A stretch of 64,000 bases of DNA, taken from Alphaproteobacteria bacterium (GTDB lineage Bacteria; Pseudomonadota; Alphaproteobacteria; SMXQ01). Below the pieces are notes generated by a model that was not told the origin of the DNA, searched no databases, and was given only the letters and a program-made list of their open reading frames with translations. Within the stretch, counting starts at the first letter, position 1; every line of letters begins with the position of its first letter. The DNA is taken from contig DASYCO010000077.1 of the NCBI GenBank assembly GCA_036500145.1, positions 18,294-82,293 on the forward strand, given 5' to 3'. A program made the translations under genes and the position numbers. Shown here piece after piece: positions 46,289-55,787 of this stretch.

Positions 46289-47632
46289 CTATTTCTTCAG
46301 GCCGACGAACCGTTCCAGCCAGTGGATGTCGTACTCGCCGTTGACGAAGTCCGGCGCGGTGACGATGCGCCGGTGCAGCGGGATGGTCGTCTCGATGCCG
46401 GCGATGACGTATTCCTCCAGCGCGCGGCGCAGGCGCATCAGGCATTCGTTGCGCGTGGCCCCGTGCACGATCAGCTTGGAGATCAGGCTGTCGTAGTAGG
46501 GCGGCACGTTGTAGCCGGCATAGAGCGCCGAATCGACGCGCACGCCCAGGCCGCCGGGCGGATGGTAGTCGCGCACGCGGCCCGGGGCCGGCGTGAATGT
46601 GTCCGACGTCTCGGCGTTGATGCGGCACTCGATGGCATGGCCGCTGAACTTGATGTCGTCCTGCTTGAAGCTGAGCGGCGAGCCGGCCGCGATGCGCAGC
46701 TGTTCGCGCACGATGTCGACGCCGCTGATCATCTCGCTGATCGGATGCTCGACCTGCAGGCGGGTGTTCATCTCGATGAAGTAGAACTCGCCGTCCTGGT
46801 AGAGGAACTCCAGCGTGCCGGCGCCGAGGTAGCCGAGCTTCTTGATCGCGTTGACGGCGATCTTGCCGATGCGCGCGCGCGCCTCTGGGTTGAGGGCGGG
46901 CGAAGGGGCCTCTTCGAGCAGCTTCTGGTGGCGGCGCTGCAGGGAGCAGTCGCGCTCGCCGAGATGCACCACGTTGCCATGCGCGTCGCCGAGGATCTGC
47001 ACCTCGATGTGGCGCGGATGCGACAGGTACTTCTCCATGTAGACCTGGTCGTTGCCGAACGCCGCCTTGGCCTCGGCGCGGGCGTTCATGTAGGCCTCGA
47101 CCACCTGCGATTCGTCTTCGGCGACCTTCATGCCGCGGCCGCCGCCGCCGCCCGACGCCTTGATCAGCACCGGATAGCCGATGCGCTTGGCGGTCTGGCG
47201 GACGGTTTCCGGGTCTTCGAGCGAGCCTGCCGAGCCGGGCACGCAGGGCACGCCCGCCGCGATCATCGTTTCCTTGGCGACGATCTTGTCGCCCATCATG
47301 CGGATATGGTCCGCCGACGGGCCGATGAAGGTGAAGCCGTGCTCGGCCACCATGGCGGCGAAGGTCGCGTTCTCGGAAAGCAGCCCGTAGCCGGGATGGA
47401 TGGCGTCGGCATTGGTGATGATGGCGGCGGACAGGATCGCCGGCATGCTCAGGTAGCTGTCCTTGGGCGCCGGCGGGCCGATGCAGACGCTTTCGTCGGC
47501 CAGGCGCACGTGCATGGCGTCGGCGTCGGCGGTCGAATGGACAGCCACGGTGGAAATGCCCATCTCGCGGCAGGCGCGATGGATGCGGAGCGCGATTTCG
47601 CCGCGGTTGGCGATGAGGACCTTGTCGAACAT
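46289..47632 (-). CDS. accC: Acetyl-CoA carboxylase biotin carboxylase subunit AccC
   Basis: Canonical AccC ([20 protein letters not shown]-grasp). ATG overlaps the accB stop. Confidence 0.95.
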   Translation of the reverse strand: MFDKVLIANRGEIALRIHRACREMGISTVAVHSTADADAMHVRLADESVCIGPPAPKDSYLSMPAILSAAIITNADAIHPGYGLLSENATFAAMVAEHGFTFIGPSADHIRMMGDKIVAKETMIAAGVPCVPGSAGSLEDPETVRQTAKRIGYPVLIKASGGGGGRGMKVAEDESQVVEAYMNARAEAKAAFGNDQVYMEKYLSHPRHIEVQILGDAHGNVVHLGERDCSLQRRHQKLLEEAPSPALNPEARARIGKIAVNAIKKLGYLGAGTLEFLYQDGEFYFIEMNTRLQVEHPISEMISGVDIVREQLRIAAGSPLSFKQDDIKFSGHAIECRINAETSDTFTPAPGRVRDYHPPGGLGVRVDSALYAGYNVPPYYDSLISKLIVHGATRNECLMRLRRALEEYVIAGIETTIPLHRRIVTAPDFVNGEYDIHWLERFVGLKK

Positions 47633-48087
47633 CACTCGATGATCAGCAGCACTTCGCCGTACTCGACCGGCGCGGCGTTGGCGACGAGGATCTGGCTGAT
47701 CTTGCCAGCGCGCGGGGCGCGGATCGGGTTCATGGTCTTCATGGCCTCGATCAGCATCACTGTCTGGCCTTCGGCCACGTGGTCTCCGACCTTCACGTAA
47801 GACGCCGCGTTCGGCTCGGGCGCCACGTAGACGGTGCCGACCATCGGCGAGGTGACGGCGCCGGGATGGCGCGCCGGGTCTTCGCCCGCGGCCGGATGGG
47901 CCGCCGCGTTCACCGCGGCCGTGGTCGCCGCCGCCACCGCCGCCGGGACCATGCCGACCGCGCTGGAGGCTTTGGAGACGCGCACCTTCCAGGTGCCGTC
48001 GGCGACTTCGATTTCGGTCAGTCCGGTCTCTTCGAGCAGCTGGGCCAGCTTGCGGACCAGCTCTTCCTCGACGTTGGGCTTCGCCAT
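47632..48087 (-). CDS. accB: Acetyl-CoA carboxylase biotin carboxyl carrier protein AccB
   Basis: C-terminal biotinyl domain EAMKTMN with the biotin-attachment Lys. Confidence 0.9.
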   Translation of the reverse strand: MAKPNVEEELVRKLAQLLEETGLTEIEVADGTWKVRVSKASSAVGMVPAAVAAATTAAVNAAAHPAAGEDPARHPGAVTSPMVGTVYVAPEPNAASYVKVGDHVAEGQTVMLIEAMKTMNPIRAPRAGKISQILVANAAPVEYGEVLLIIE

Positions 48088-48644
48088 TATTTCGTCCTCT
48101 TGCCCTTGATGGGTGTCTTCGTTTTCGCGATGGGTTTCTTCGCGACGGATGCCTTGGCGCGGGTGGACGCCAGGGCCTTCGCGGGAGCTTTCTTCTTCGC
48201 GGGCGCGGCGGCCAGGATGCGCGCCATCGCCGTCAGGGCCAGCTCGTAGCCCTGCGAGCCGAAGCCGCAGATCATGCCGCGCGCGGCGCGCGAAACATAG
48301 GAGTGATGTCGGAAGTCTTCGCGCCGGAACAGGTTCGACAGATGCACTTCGACGACCGGCAGCTCGCTCGCCAGGAGGGCGTCGAGCAGGGAGATCGAGG
48401 TGTGGGTCAGGGCGCCGGCGTTGATCAGGATGCCGTCATGGCGGCCGCGGGCGGCCTGGATCCAGCCGACCAGCTCCGCCTCGGCGTTGCTCTGGCGGAA
48501 ATCGACGGTCAGGCCGAGGCCCTTGCCCGTCTTGGCGCAGAGCGCGGCGATATCGGCCAGGGTCTCGCGTCCGTAGATCTCCGGCTCCCGGCTCCCCAAT
48601 AGATTGAGGTTGGGACCGTTCAGGACCAGCACAGGTTGTGGCAT
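48087..48644 (-). CDS. aroQ: Type II 3-dehydroquinate dehydratase AroQ with a C-terminal Lys/Ala/Pro-rich tail
   Basis: [14 protein letters not shown]-terminus and catalytic motifs. About 40 extra C-terminal residues ([14 protein letters not shown]...KGKRTK), histone H1-like. Confidence 0.85.
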   Translation of the reverse strand: MPQPVLVLNGPNLNLLGSREPEIYGRETLADIAALCAKTGKGLGLTVDFRQSNAEAELVGWIQAARGRHDGILINAGALTHTSISLLDALLASELPVVEVHLSNLFRREDFRHHSYVSRAARGMICGFGSQGYELALTAMARILAAAPAKKKAPAKALASTRAKASVAKKPIAKTKTPIKGKRTK

Positions 48645-48854
48645 CGGCGGCGAAATTCCTTCGACGAGCGTGTGGGCGACCTTTATCCCATGCCCTCCCG
48701 GGGCGCAACCGGCCAATGGTGGCGGGGAGGGGCGGGAGGTGGACAAGTCCCTGATCGGGCAATGGGATAGGCGGCGGCTGGACCGTTTTACGACCCGTTA
48801 ACCATTTTACCCTATTTAATTTGAGTAGAATTGTCCTGATTTGGGGGAAAGCCC

Positions 48855-49331
48855 GTGACCGGCGAGATCAATCCGCGCGAACGACGCCTTGTGCTGCGCC
48901 TGCTCGACCATTGGCGGGCCATGGCGGGCGAGCTCGACTGGCCGCGGCCGGACTCGGTCGAGCCGGCGGCCATGACCGACATGTGGACCTTCTGCTTCAT
49001 GATCGACGACGCGCGCGCCGCGCCGCGCCTCAGCTACGTGGGCGACTACCACAAGGAAATGTACGGCTCCGACCCGACGGGCCTGGCCTTCGCCGACGTG
49101 AACAGCGACACCCTGATCGGCCGTTCGGCCTCCTACCTGAAGGACGTGCTGGCGAAGAACGTGCCGGTGACCTACGGCGGCCAGTTCGTCGACATCCACG
49201 GCAACGGCCTGCTCTACCGCAGCATCCTGCTGCCGCTCAGCACCGACGGCAAGACGGTCAACGCCGTGCTCGGCGGCGCCAACTGCCGCATCCTCGATCT
49301 CGGCGAAGTCGTGGAGAACCCGTTACCATGA
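48855..49331 (+). CDS. PAS-like domain conserved hypothetical protein
   Basis: GTG start with a GGGGGA RBS; about 158 aa; PAS-fold-like spacing. ATGA overlap with the downstream gene. Confidence 0.45.
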   Translation: MTGEINPRERRLVLRLLDHWRAMAGELDWPRPDSVEPAAMTDMWTFCFMIDDARAAPRLSYVGDYHKEMYGSDPTGLAFADVNSDTLIGRSASYLKDVLAKNVPVTYGGQFVDIHGNGLLYRSILLPLSTDGKTVNAVLGGANCRILDLGEVVENPLP

Positions 49332-49723
49332 TGGTCGTGTTCGAAATCCACACCTTCCGCGACGGCGTCTGGAAGATCGACTCGGTCTTCGACGACAAGG
49401 AGCTTGCCGTCGTCGAAGCGCAGCGCATGGAGCGTGCCGGCCGCTATTCGGCGATCCGCGTCGTCGAGGAGAGCTTCGACGAGGCGACCGAGCGCGGCAA
49501 CACCCGCACGGTCTACCGCTCCACCAAGGTCGACCGCACCAACACCGAATCGGCGGAGCGCCGCAAGGCGCCACCGAACATCGCGCCGCCGCCGCGTCCC
49601 ATCAAGCCGAAGAAGGCCAAGGCAAGCTTCACCCAGCTGCTGATCGTCACCTCCCTGACGCTCGGCGCCATCGCCCTGGCCGGCATCGGCATCATGTACG
49701 CCCTGCACAGCTTCGTCGGCTGA
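49328..49723 (+). CDS. Conserved hypothetical protein with C-terminal TM helix
   Basis: 131 aa. Charged N-terminal domain, a Pro/Lys-rich linker, and a C-terminal TM segment. Translationally coupled to the upstream PAS-like gene. Confidence 0.45.
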   Translation: MMVVFEIHTFRDGVWKIDSVFDDKELAVVEAQRMERAGRYSAIRVVEESFDEATERGNTRTVYRSTKVDRTNTESAERRKAPPNIAPPPRPIKPKKAKASFTQLLIVTSLTLGAIALAGIGIMYALHSFVG

Positions 49724-49905
49724 CGCGGGGGCCGTTTCCGGCCGTTTCGAGGGCTTTCCGCGCCCTGAACCCCCAGCCTTGAACCGGGGGCGGAATCGGC
49801 GATAATCCTGGCAAAACGCGTCGCGGCGGGAACTCCCCGTCCGCGGCCCTTCTTCAAGCGCCGCCGGCGGCCTTCGCGCCGCCGCCGCTCAGCCAGGGAC
49901 ATTCC

Positions 49906-50895
49906 ATGCAAGTCACCATCAACGGCGAGCCGCGTCCTCTAGCGTCTCCGCAAAGCGTCCAGGTCCTGCTCGACACCCTCGGCCTCGACACGCGCAAGGT
50001 CGCCGTCGAGCTGAACCTCGAGATCGTGCCGCGCTCGGCCTACGGCCAGACCCAGGTCGGCGACGGCGACCGGCTTGAGATCGTGCATTTCATCGGCGGC
50101 GGCGCGCCGGACGGCGCGGCCCCCGACGGCGACGGCTTCACGGTCGCCGGCAAGCGCTACACCTCGCGCCTGCTGGTCGGCACCGGCAAGTACAAGGACT
50201 TCGAGGAGACGGCGCGCGCCATCGCCGCCTCGGGCGCGCAGATCGTCACCGTGGCGGTGCGCCGCGTCAACGTCACCGATCCCGGCAAGCCCATGCTGGT
50301 CGATTACGTCAGCCCCAAGGACTACACCTACCTGCCCAATACGGCGGGTTGCTACACCGCCGAGGAGGCCGTGCGCACGCTGCGCCTCGCGCGCGAGGCG
50401 GGCGGCTGGGATCTCGTGAAGCTCGAGGTGCTCGGCGACCACAAGACGCTCTATCCCAACATGCCGGAGACCGTGCGCGCCGCCGAGACGCTCGTCAAAG
50501 AGGGCTTCAAGGTCATGGTCTACTGCGCCGACGACCCAATCCAGGCCAAGCGCCTGGAGGAGATGGGCTGCGTCGCCATCATGCCGCTGGCGGCACCCAT
50601 CGGCTCCGGCCTCGGCGTGCAGAATCCGGTCGGCATCCGGCTCATCATCGAGCAAGCCAAGGTGCCGGTCCTGGTCGACGCCGGCGTCGGCACCGCGTCG
50701 GATGCGGCCATCGCCATGGAGCTTGGCTGCGACGGCGTGCTGATGAACACCGCCATCGCCGAGGCCAAGGACCCGATCAAGATGGCGCGCGCCATGAAGC
50801 TCGCCATCGAAGCCGGCCGGCTCGCCTATCTCGCTGGGCGCATGCCGAAGAAGCTCTATGCCGATCCGTCGTCGCCGCTGGCCGGCCTGATTTAA
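49906..50895 (+). CDS. thiG: ThiS-ThiG fusion (sulfur-carrier ThiS domain fused to thiazole synthase ThiG)
   Basis: Residues 1-66 form a ThiS/MoaD fold ending in GGG. A Pro/Asp/Gly linker follows, then full-length ThiG ([14 protein letters not shown]..., Schiff-base Lys region). Confidence 0.8.
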   Translation: MQVTINGEPRPLASPQSVQVLLDTLGLDTRKVAVELNLEIVPRSAYGQTQVGDGDRLEIVHFIGGGAPDGAAPDGDGFTVAGKRYTSRLLVGTGKYKDFEETARAIAASGAQIVTVAVRRVNVTDPGKPMLVDYVSPKDYTYLPNTAGCYTAEEAVRTLRLAREAGGWDLVKLEVLGDHKTLYPNMPETVRAAETLVKEGFKVMVYCADDPIQAKRLEEMGCVAIMPLAAPIGSGLGVQNPVGIRLIIEQAKVPVLVDAGVGTASDAAIAMELGCDGVLMNTAIAEAKDPIKMARAMKLAIEAGRLAYLAGRMPKKLYADPSSPLAGLI

Positions 50896-50914
50896 TCAAG
50901 CAAGGATACTAGGG

Positions 50915-51562
50915 ATGAAGCTGCACGGGTTCTTCCGCTCGTCCGCGAGCTATCGGCTGCGCATCGCGCTCGCGCTCAAAGGGATCGAGGCCGAGCAGGT
51001 CTCGGTGCATATTTCGCGCCCCGGCGGCGGCGACCAGTTCCTGCCGGGCTTTCGCGCGCTGAACCCGCAACTGCTGGTGCCGGTGCTGGAAGACGACGGC
51101 AAGGTGCTCGTGCAGTCGCTCGCCATCCTCGAATATTTCGAAGAAACCCATCCGGCGCCGGCGATCCTGCCGAAGACGCCGGCGGCGCGGGCGCGGGTGC
51201 GCGCGCTGGCCCAGGTGATCGCTTGCGAAATGCACCCGATCAACAATCTGCGCGTGCTGAACTACCTGACCAAGGACCTCGGCGTCAGCGAAGACGCCAA
51301 GCTCGCCTGGTACCGCCATTGGGTGAAGCTCGGCTTCGATGCGCTGGAGCCGATGCTGGCGGGCCATCCGGACACGGGCACGTTCTGCCATGGCGACACG
51401 CCGACCATCGCCGACATCTGCCTGGTCCCGCAGGTCTTCAACGCCAAGCGCTTCGAATGCCCGCTCGACGCCTATCCCACGGTGATGCGGATTTACGAAG
51501 CCTGCGAGAAGCTGCCGGCCTTCGCCGGCGCGCATCCCTCGAAGCAGCCCGACGCCGCTTAG
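50915..51562 (+). CDS. maiA: Maleylacetoacetate isomerase (GST zeta)
   Basis: GST-zeta N-terminal SSxSxRxRIAL motif and a GST C-terminal domain. Confidence 0.8.
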   Translation: MKLHGFFRSSASYRLRIALALKGIEAEQVSVHISRPGGGDQFLPGFRALNPQLLVPVLEDDGKVLVQSLAILEYFEETHPAPAILPKTPAARARVRALAQVIACEMHPINNLRVLNYLTKDLGVSEDAKLAWYRHWVKLGFDALEPMLAGHPDTGTFCHGDTPTIADICLVPQVFNAKRFECPLDAYPTVMRIYEACEKLPAFAGAHPSKQPDAA

Positions 51563-51614
51563 GCGGCGGGCGGCGTAAGACGAGCCAGCAGCCCGACGTG
51601 GCTGGGAGTAGGCG

Positions 51615-53027
51615 CTAGTCGTCCTCGTCGCGCCGCGCGGCGGCCTGCAGGTCCTGCAGGCGGATCCAGCCCGGCGAGCCGCGCACCAGCAGCTTTTCGG
51701 CTCGCGCGCCCTGCAGGCGGGCTTCGCGCTTGTTGCCGCGCGCCAGCGCGGCCTCGGCCGAGGACAGCGCGCTCATGCCGAGCTGGTTGTCGCGGCCGTA
51801 GGCGATGGCGAGCTCCGACCAGGCGAAGGCATTGAGCGGCTCGCGCTGGGTGGCGCGGCGCAGGTTGTTGATCGCGTCCGTGTTGAGGGCGGGGTCGTCG
51901 CGCTCGATCTGCGCCTGGGCGAGGCCGACGCGCAGCAGGGCGTCGTTCGGCAGCAGCGACACGGCCTTCTGATAGGGGGCGAGGGCCTCGGCGCCGCGCC
52001 CGTTCTCGAACATCATCTGCCCCTTGAGCTCGTAGAAGTAGGGATTGTCGGGCTCTTCGGCGATCAGGCCGTCGATCAGCGGCACGGCCTTCGTCATGTC
52101 GGGCAGGCGGTAGTAGGCGATGGCGCGGGCATAGCGCGCGGCGACGCTCTTGTCGGCTTCCTTGTAGCGCGCCAGCGTGTTGGCCGGCGACAGGATGAAG
52201 CCGCTGAGCTTGGCGACCATCCGCTTGTGCATCTCGATGTTCTCGGGCTTGTCGGGCACGTCGGAATATTTCGACTTGGCGACATGCGCGTCGACCGCCT
52301 CGATGCGGTCGCGAGTCAGCGGGTGGGTCTGCACGTAGGGATCCTGGTGGGTCGTGTTCAGCAGCTCCTGGCCGGAGAGGATGTGGAAGAACTCGGACAT
52401 GCCGCGCGCCGACTGGCCGCTCTCGTCGAGGAACTTCATGCCGGCCTGGTCGGCGGAGGACTCCTGGGTGCGGCTGTAGGCGAGCAGGTTGCCCTGGGCC
52501 ACGCCGAGGCCGCCCGTCATCACCGCCACGCCGGCGCCGCCGGCGCCGGCCACCGCAGCGCCCGCGCCGAGGATCATCGCCAGGATGGCGGTGATCGACG
52601 CGCCGCGCAGGCGGTCCTGGAAGCGCGCCAGGTGGCCGCCGGCGATATGGCCGGTTTCGTGGGCCATGACGCCGATCACCTGGTTCGGCGTCTGGCTTTT
52701 CATCAGCAGGCCGGTGTTGATGAACAGGTTCATGCCGCCGGCGACGAAGGCGTTGATGGAGGAATCGTTGACCAGGTAGATGTCGACGTCGGCGGCGTTC
52801 AGGCCGGCCGCTTCAAAGACTGGCGACGCCCATGTCCGGATGGTATTTTCGATCTCCGAGTCGCGGATCAGCCGCGGCGCGGGGGAGGCGGCGTAGGCAG
52901 CGCCCGAGGTCATGGCGACCAAGGGCAGGCCGTCGTTCCGAAAGCCATTCCAATTCACGCCAAAGGGCGTCATGGCGACCGATCCGGCCGTCAGTCCGAC
53001 GCATAGGGTTTTGATGAATTTCCGCAC
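51615..53027 (-). CDS. M48-family metalloprotease with TPR repeats (BepA/YfgC-like)
   Basis: HETGH zinc motif with a downstream Glu; C-terminal TPR-like repeats; signal peptide. Confidence 0.75.
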   Translation of the reverse strand: MRKFIKTLCVGLTAGSVAMTPFGVNWNGFRNDGLPLVAMTSGAAYAASPAPRLIRDSEIENTIRTWASPVFEAAGLNAADVDIYLVNDSSINAFVAGGMNLFINTGLLMKSQTPNQVIGVMAHETGHIAGGHLARFQDRLRGASITAILAMILGAGAAVAGAGGAGVAVMTGGLGVAQGNLLAYSRTQESSADQAGMKFLDESGQSARGMSEFFHILSGQELLNTTHQDPYVQTHPLTRDRIEAVDAHVAKSKYSDVPDKPENIEMHKRMVAKLSGFILSPANTLARYKEADKSVAARYARAIAYYRLPDMTKAVPLIDGLIAEEPDNPYFYELKGQMMFENGRGAEALAPYQKAVSLLPNDALLRVGLAQAQIERDDPALNTDAINNLRRATQREPLNAFAWSELAIAYGRDNQLGMSALSSAEAALARGNKREARLQGARAEKLLVRGSPGWIRLQDLQAAARRDEDD

Positions 53028-54489
53028 GCATTTCGCTCCCGGGCTTCTCTCCCAAGGTAGGTATGACGCGGGGGCGCGTCAATGCACGCTCCGGGGAGCC
53101 GCGCGGCGCGCCATTCTGGCGCTGGCGGGCCTCTTGACCCTGGCGGGCTGCAGCGACGCAGGCAAGCCTGCGGAGGGGGAACTCGGCTTCATCAGCGGCT
53201 TCCTCGGCGGCGTCGCCGCCGACGAGCCGCGCGCGGCCCTGAACGGGCGGGACGTGCTGTCGGCCGGCGGCAACGCGGTCGATGCGGCGGTCGCGGTCTT
53301 CTTCACCATGGCGGTCACGCGGCCGTCGCTGGTCGGGCTCGATAGCGACGGCCAATGCGTCGTCTACGACCAGAAGTCGAAGCGCGTCGAGGCCATCGAC
53401 TTCACCGGCGCGCCGGGCGTGCCAGGCGCGCCGCGCGGCATGTACGCGCTGCACGCCAAGTACGGCCACCTGCGCTGGGAGCAGATGGTCGCGCCGGCGG
53501 AAAACCTGGCCCGCTTCGGCTTCCCGGTGTCGCGCGGCTTCGCCCGCGACCTCGCCGCCGCCAGCGCCACGCTGGCCGCCAATCCGTCGCTGGCGCGCCT
53601 CTACGTCGGCCCTAGCGGCCGTGCGCCGATCGAGGGCGAGCGGATGAGCCAGCTCGACCTTGCCGCCACCATCAGCCTGTTGCGCCGCGCGCCCGGCCAG
53701 TTCTACGGCGGCGGCTTCTTGCAGAGCTACATCGACGGCGCGGCCGCCGACGGCATCGTCATCTCGGCGGACGCCATGCGCAGCTACGCGCCCCAGTTCC
53801 GCGAGCCCATCCAGGTGAAGCAGGACCTGCTGGTCAGCTACTTCGCGCCGACGCCCGGCGGAGCGATTGCGGCGCGCATGTGGTCGGCGCTGGCGACGGA
53901 AGGGCAGTATCACCGCACCGCGCCGGCGGCGCGGGGCGCGCTGATCGCCGACGCGCAGGCGAAGGCCGTGGCGCAGGCGTCGCCGGGGGTCAGCGAGCTG
54001 CCCATCGGCGCGTCGCAGGCCGGCGCCAGCTTCGTCGTCGCCGACCAGGACAGCAACACGGTCGCCTGCGCCTTCACCATGGGCAAGCTGTTCGGCACCG
54101 GCAAGGTCGCCGGCGACACCGGCATCGTCATCGCCGCGCCGGCGACGGGCGGCGAGGCCTTCGCCGTCGCGCCGATGCTGACGATCAACCCGATCGTCAA
54201 CAAGATGTACTTCGCCGCCGCCGGATCGAACGGCGCGCCGGCGCCCGCCGCCGAGGTGCAGGCGGGGCTGGAGACGATGATCGAGGGCAAGGCCCTGGCC
54301 GACGCCGTCGCCCTGCCGCGCAGCCATTGGATATCGGCCGGCCGCGTGGCGACGGAGCCGCAGATTTCCCTGGGCTCGATCAACGCCTTCTTCTGCCCGA
54401 AGGGCCTGCTCTCGCCGGGCGCGGAAAAGCCGGACATCTTCTGCAGCGTGGCGACCGACGGGCGCGGATACGGCCTTGCGACCCGCTGA
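53014..54489 (+). CDS. Gamma-glutamyltranspeptidase-family lipoprotein (possibly non-catalytic)
   Basis: N-terminal GNAVDAAVAVFFTMAVT is a strong GGT match. Lipobox LTLAGC. At the position of the nucleophile Thr-Thr-His the sequence reads GAS, and the MDD motif is absent. Start uncertain; it overlaps the M48 gene's 3' end. Confidence 0.7.
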   Translation: MNFRTHFAPGLLSQGRYDAGARQCTLRGAARRAILALAGLLTLAGCSDAGKPAEGELGFISGFLGGVAADEPRAALNGRDVLSAGGNAVDAAVAVFFTMAVTRPSLVGLDSDGQCVVYDQKSKRVEAIDFTGAPGVPGAPRGMYALHAKYGHLRWEQMVAPAENLARFGFPVSRGFARDLAAASATLAANPSLARLYVGPSGRAPIEGERMSQLDLAATISLLRRAPGQFYGGGFLQSYIDGAAADGIVISADAMRSYAPQFREPIQVKQDLLVSYFAPTPGGAIAARMWSALATEGQYHRTAPAARGALIADAQAKAVAQASPGVSELPIGASQAGASFVVADQDSNTVACAFTMGKLFGTGKVAGDTGIVIAAPATGGEAFAVAPMLTINPIVNKMYFAAAGSNGAPAPAAEVQAGLETMIEGKALADAVALPRSHWISAGRVATEPQISLGSINAFFCPKGLLSPGAEKPDIFCSVATDGRGYGLATR

Positions 54490-54509
54490 CCCTGCAAAGG
54501 CCTGAGGCC

Positions 54510-55667
54510 ATGGCGCTGAAGGTCTCCGGGCGCGGTCGCATCTCGCCCTTCATCGTCATGGAAGTGATGCGCGCCGCCCATGCGCGAGCGGCGGCCGGCG
54601 GCGACGTCATCCATCTCGAAGTCGGCCAGCCGTCGACCGGCGCGCCCGCGCCGGTGATCGCGGCGGCGCAGGCGGCCTTGCTGCGCGAGCGGCTGGGCTA
54701 CACCGAGGCGCTGGGCCTGCCCGACCTGCGCGCCCGCATCGCGCGCCATTACCAGGACAGCTACGGCGTCGCCGTCGATCCCGCCCGCGTGGTGGTGACG
54801 ACCGGATCGTCGGGCGCGTTCCTGCTGGCCTTCCTGGCGGCCTTCGACGCGGGCGACCGCGTGGCGCTGGCCGAGCCGGGCTATCCGGCCTATCGCAACA
54901 TCCTGCGCGCCGTCGACGTCGTGCCTGTGGCCCTGCCGTCGGCCGCCGCCGACGGCTTCCAGCCGACGCCGGCGCTGCTTGCGGCGGCGCAGCGCGAGAC
55001 GCCGCTCGCCGGGCTGATCGTCGCTTCGCCGGCCAACCCGACCGGCAGCATGATGACGCCGCAGGCGCTCGCCGACGTCGCGCTCTGGTGCCGCGACAAC
55101 GGCGTGCGGCTGGTCTCCGACGAGATCTATCACGGCATCTCCTTCGGGATGCGCGCCGAGACGGCGCTGGCGGTCGACCCGGAGGCCATCGTCATCAACA
55201 GCTTCTCGAAATATTTCTCGATGACCGGCTGGCGGCTCGGCTGGATGATCGTGCCGCCGGACCTGGCGCGCGCCGTCGAGTCCCTGGCGCAGAACCTGTT
55301 CATCTCGCCGCCGACGCTGTCGCAGGTGGCCGCCACGGCGGCCTTCGAGGCGCGCGAGGAGCTGGACGCCAACGTGGCGCGCTACGGGCGCAACCGCGCG
55401 ATTCTGATCGAGGGCCTGGCTGCAGCCGGGCTGCCCCGCCTGGCGCCGGCCGACGGCGCCTTCTACCTCTATGCCGACGTGAGCGACGTGACGGCGAGCA
55501 GCACGGCCTTCTGCGCCAAGATGCTGGCGGAGACGGGGATCGCGGCGACGCCTGGCGTGGACTTCGACGAGCGGCGCGGCGAGGGCTTCGTGCGCTTCTG
55601 CTTCGCCGGCAGCGAGACGGAAATGCGGGAGACGTCGCGTCGCCTGAAGGCCTGGCTGAGGCCGTAG
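54510..55667 (+). CDS. PLP-dependent aminotransferase, class I/II
   Basis: SFSKYFSMTGWRLGW PLP-lysine motif. 385 aa. The 595-aa supplied ORF includes an out-of-frame overlap with the GGT gene. Confidence 0.8.
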   Translation: MALKVSGRGRISPFIVMEVMRAAHARAAAGGDVIHLEVGQPSTGAPAPVIAAAQAALLRERLGYTEALGLPDLRARIARHYQDSYGVAVDPARVVVTTGSSGAFLLAFLAAFDAGDRVALAEPGYPAYRNILRAVDVVPVALPSAAADGFQPTPALLAAAQRETPLAGLIVASPANPTGSMMTPQALADVALWCRDNGVRLVSDEIYHGISFGMRAETALAVDPEAIVINSFSKYFSMTGWRLGWMIVPPDLARAVESLAQNLFISPPTLSQVAATAAFEAREELDANVARYGRNRAILIEGLAAAGLPRLAPADGAFYLYADVSDVTASSTAFCAKMLAETGIAATPGVDFDERRGEGFVRFCFAGSETEMRETSRRLKAWLRP

Positions 55668-55718
55668 GGCTTCATCGAACTGGAACCTGGCTGAAGCCTT
55701 GGGGCTTCAGCCAACTGG
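55651..55718 (+). repeat. Tandem duplication of a 33-nt unit (28/33 identical, period 35)
   Basis: Copy A (55651-55683) encodes the aminotransferase C-terminus AWLRP and its TAG. Copy B (55686-55718) is a perfect 10-bp hairpin GGCTGAAGCC-TTGG-GGCTTCAGCC. Confidence 0.7.
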
Positions 55719-55735
55719 AGAACGGGCAAAGAAAA

Positions 55736-55770
55736 AGCCGCGCATCCTGGGATGCGCGGCTTTGTTCGTT
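55736..55770. terminator. Bidirectional intrinsic terminator (aminotransferase / rne convergent)
   Basis: A-rich leader, GCCGCGCATCC-TGG-GATGCGCGGC hairpin, then TTTGTTCGTT. Confidence 0.75.
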
Positions 55771-55787
55771 GTGCAACGATCCGGCGA

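Noticed and set aside
49724-49905. Possible TPP (THI-box) riboswitch upstream of thiS-thiG
   Set aside because: Fragments resemble the P3/P4 consensus (CCTTGAACC, GATAATCC), but the invariant CUGAGA and the GGGG/ACCC P2 pairing are missing and the element order is off. Needs a covariance-model scan before any call.
53880-55667. 595-aa plus-strand ORF
   Set aside because: The N-terminal 210 codons overlap the GGT gene in another frame. The real aminotransferase starts at ATG 54510.
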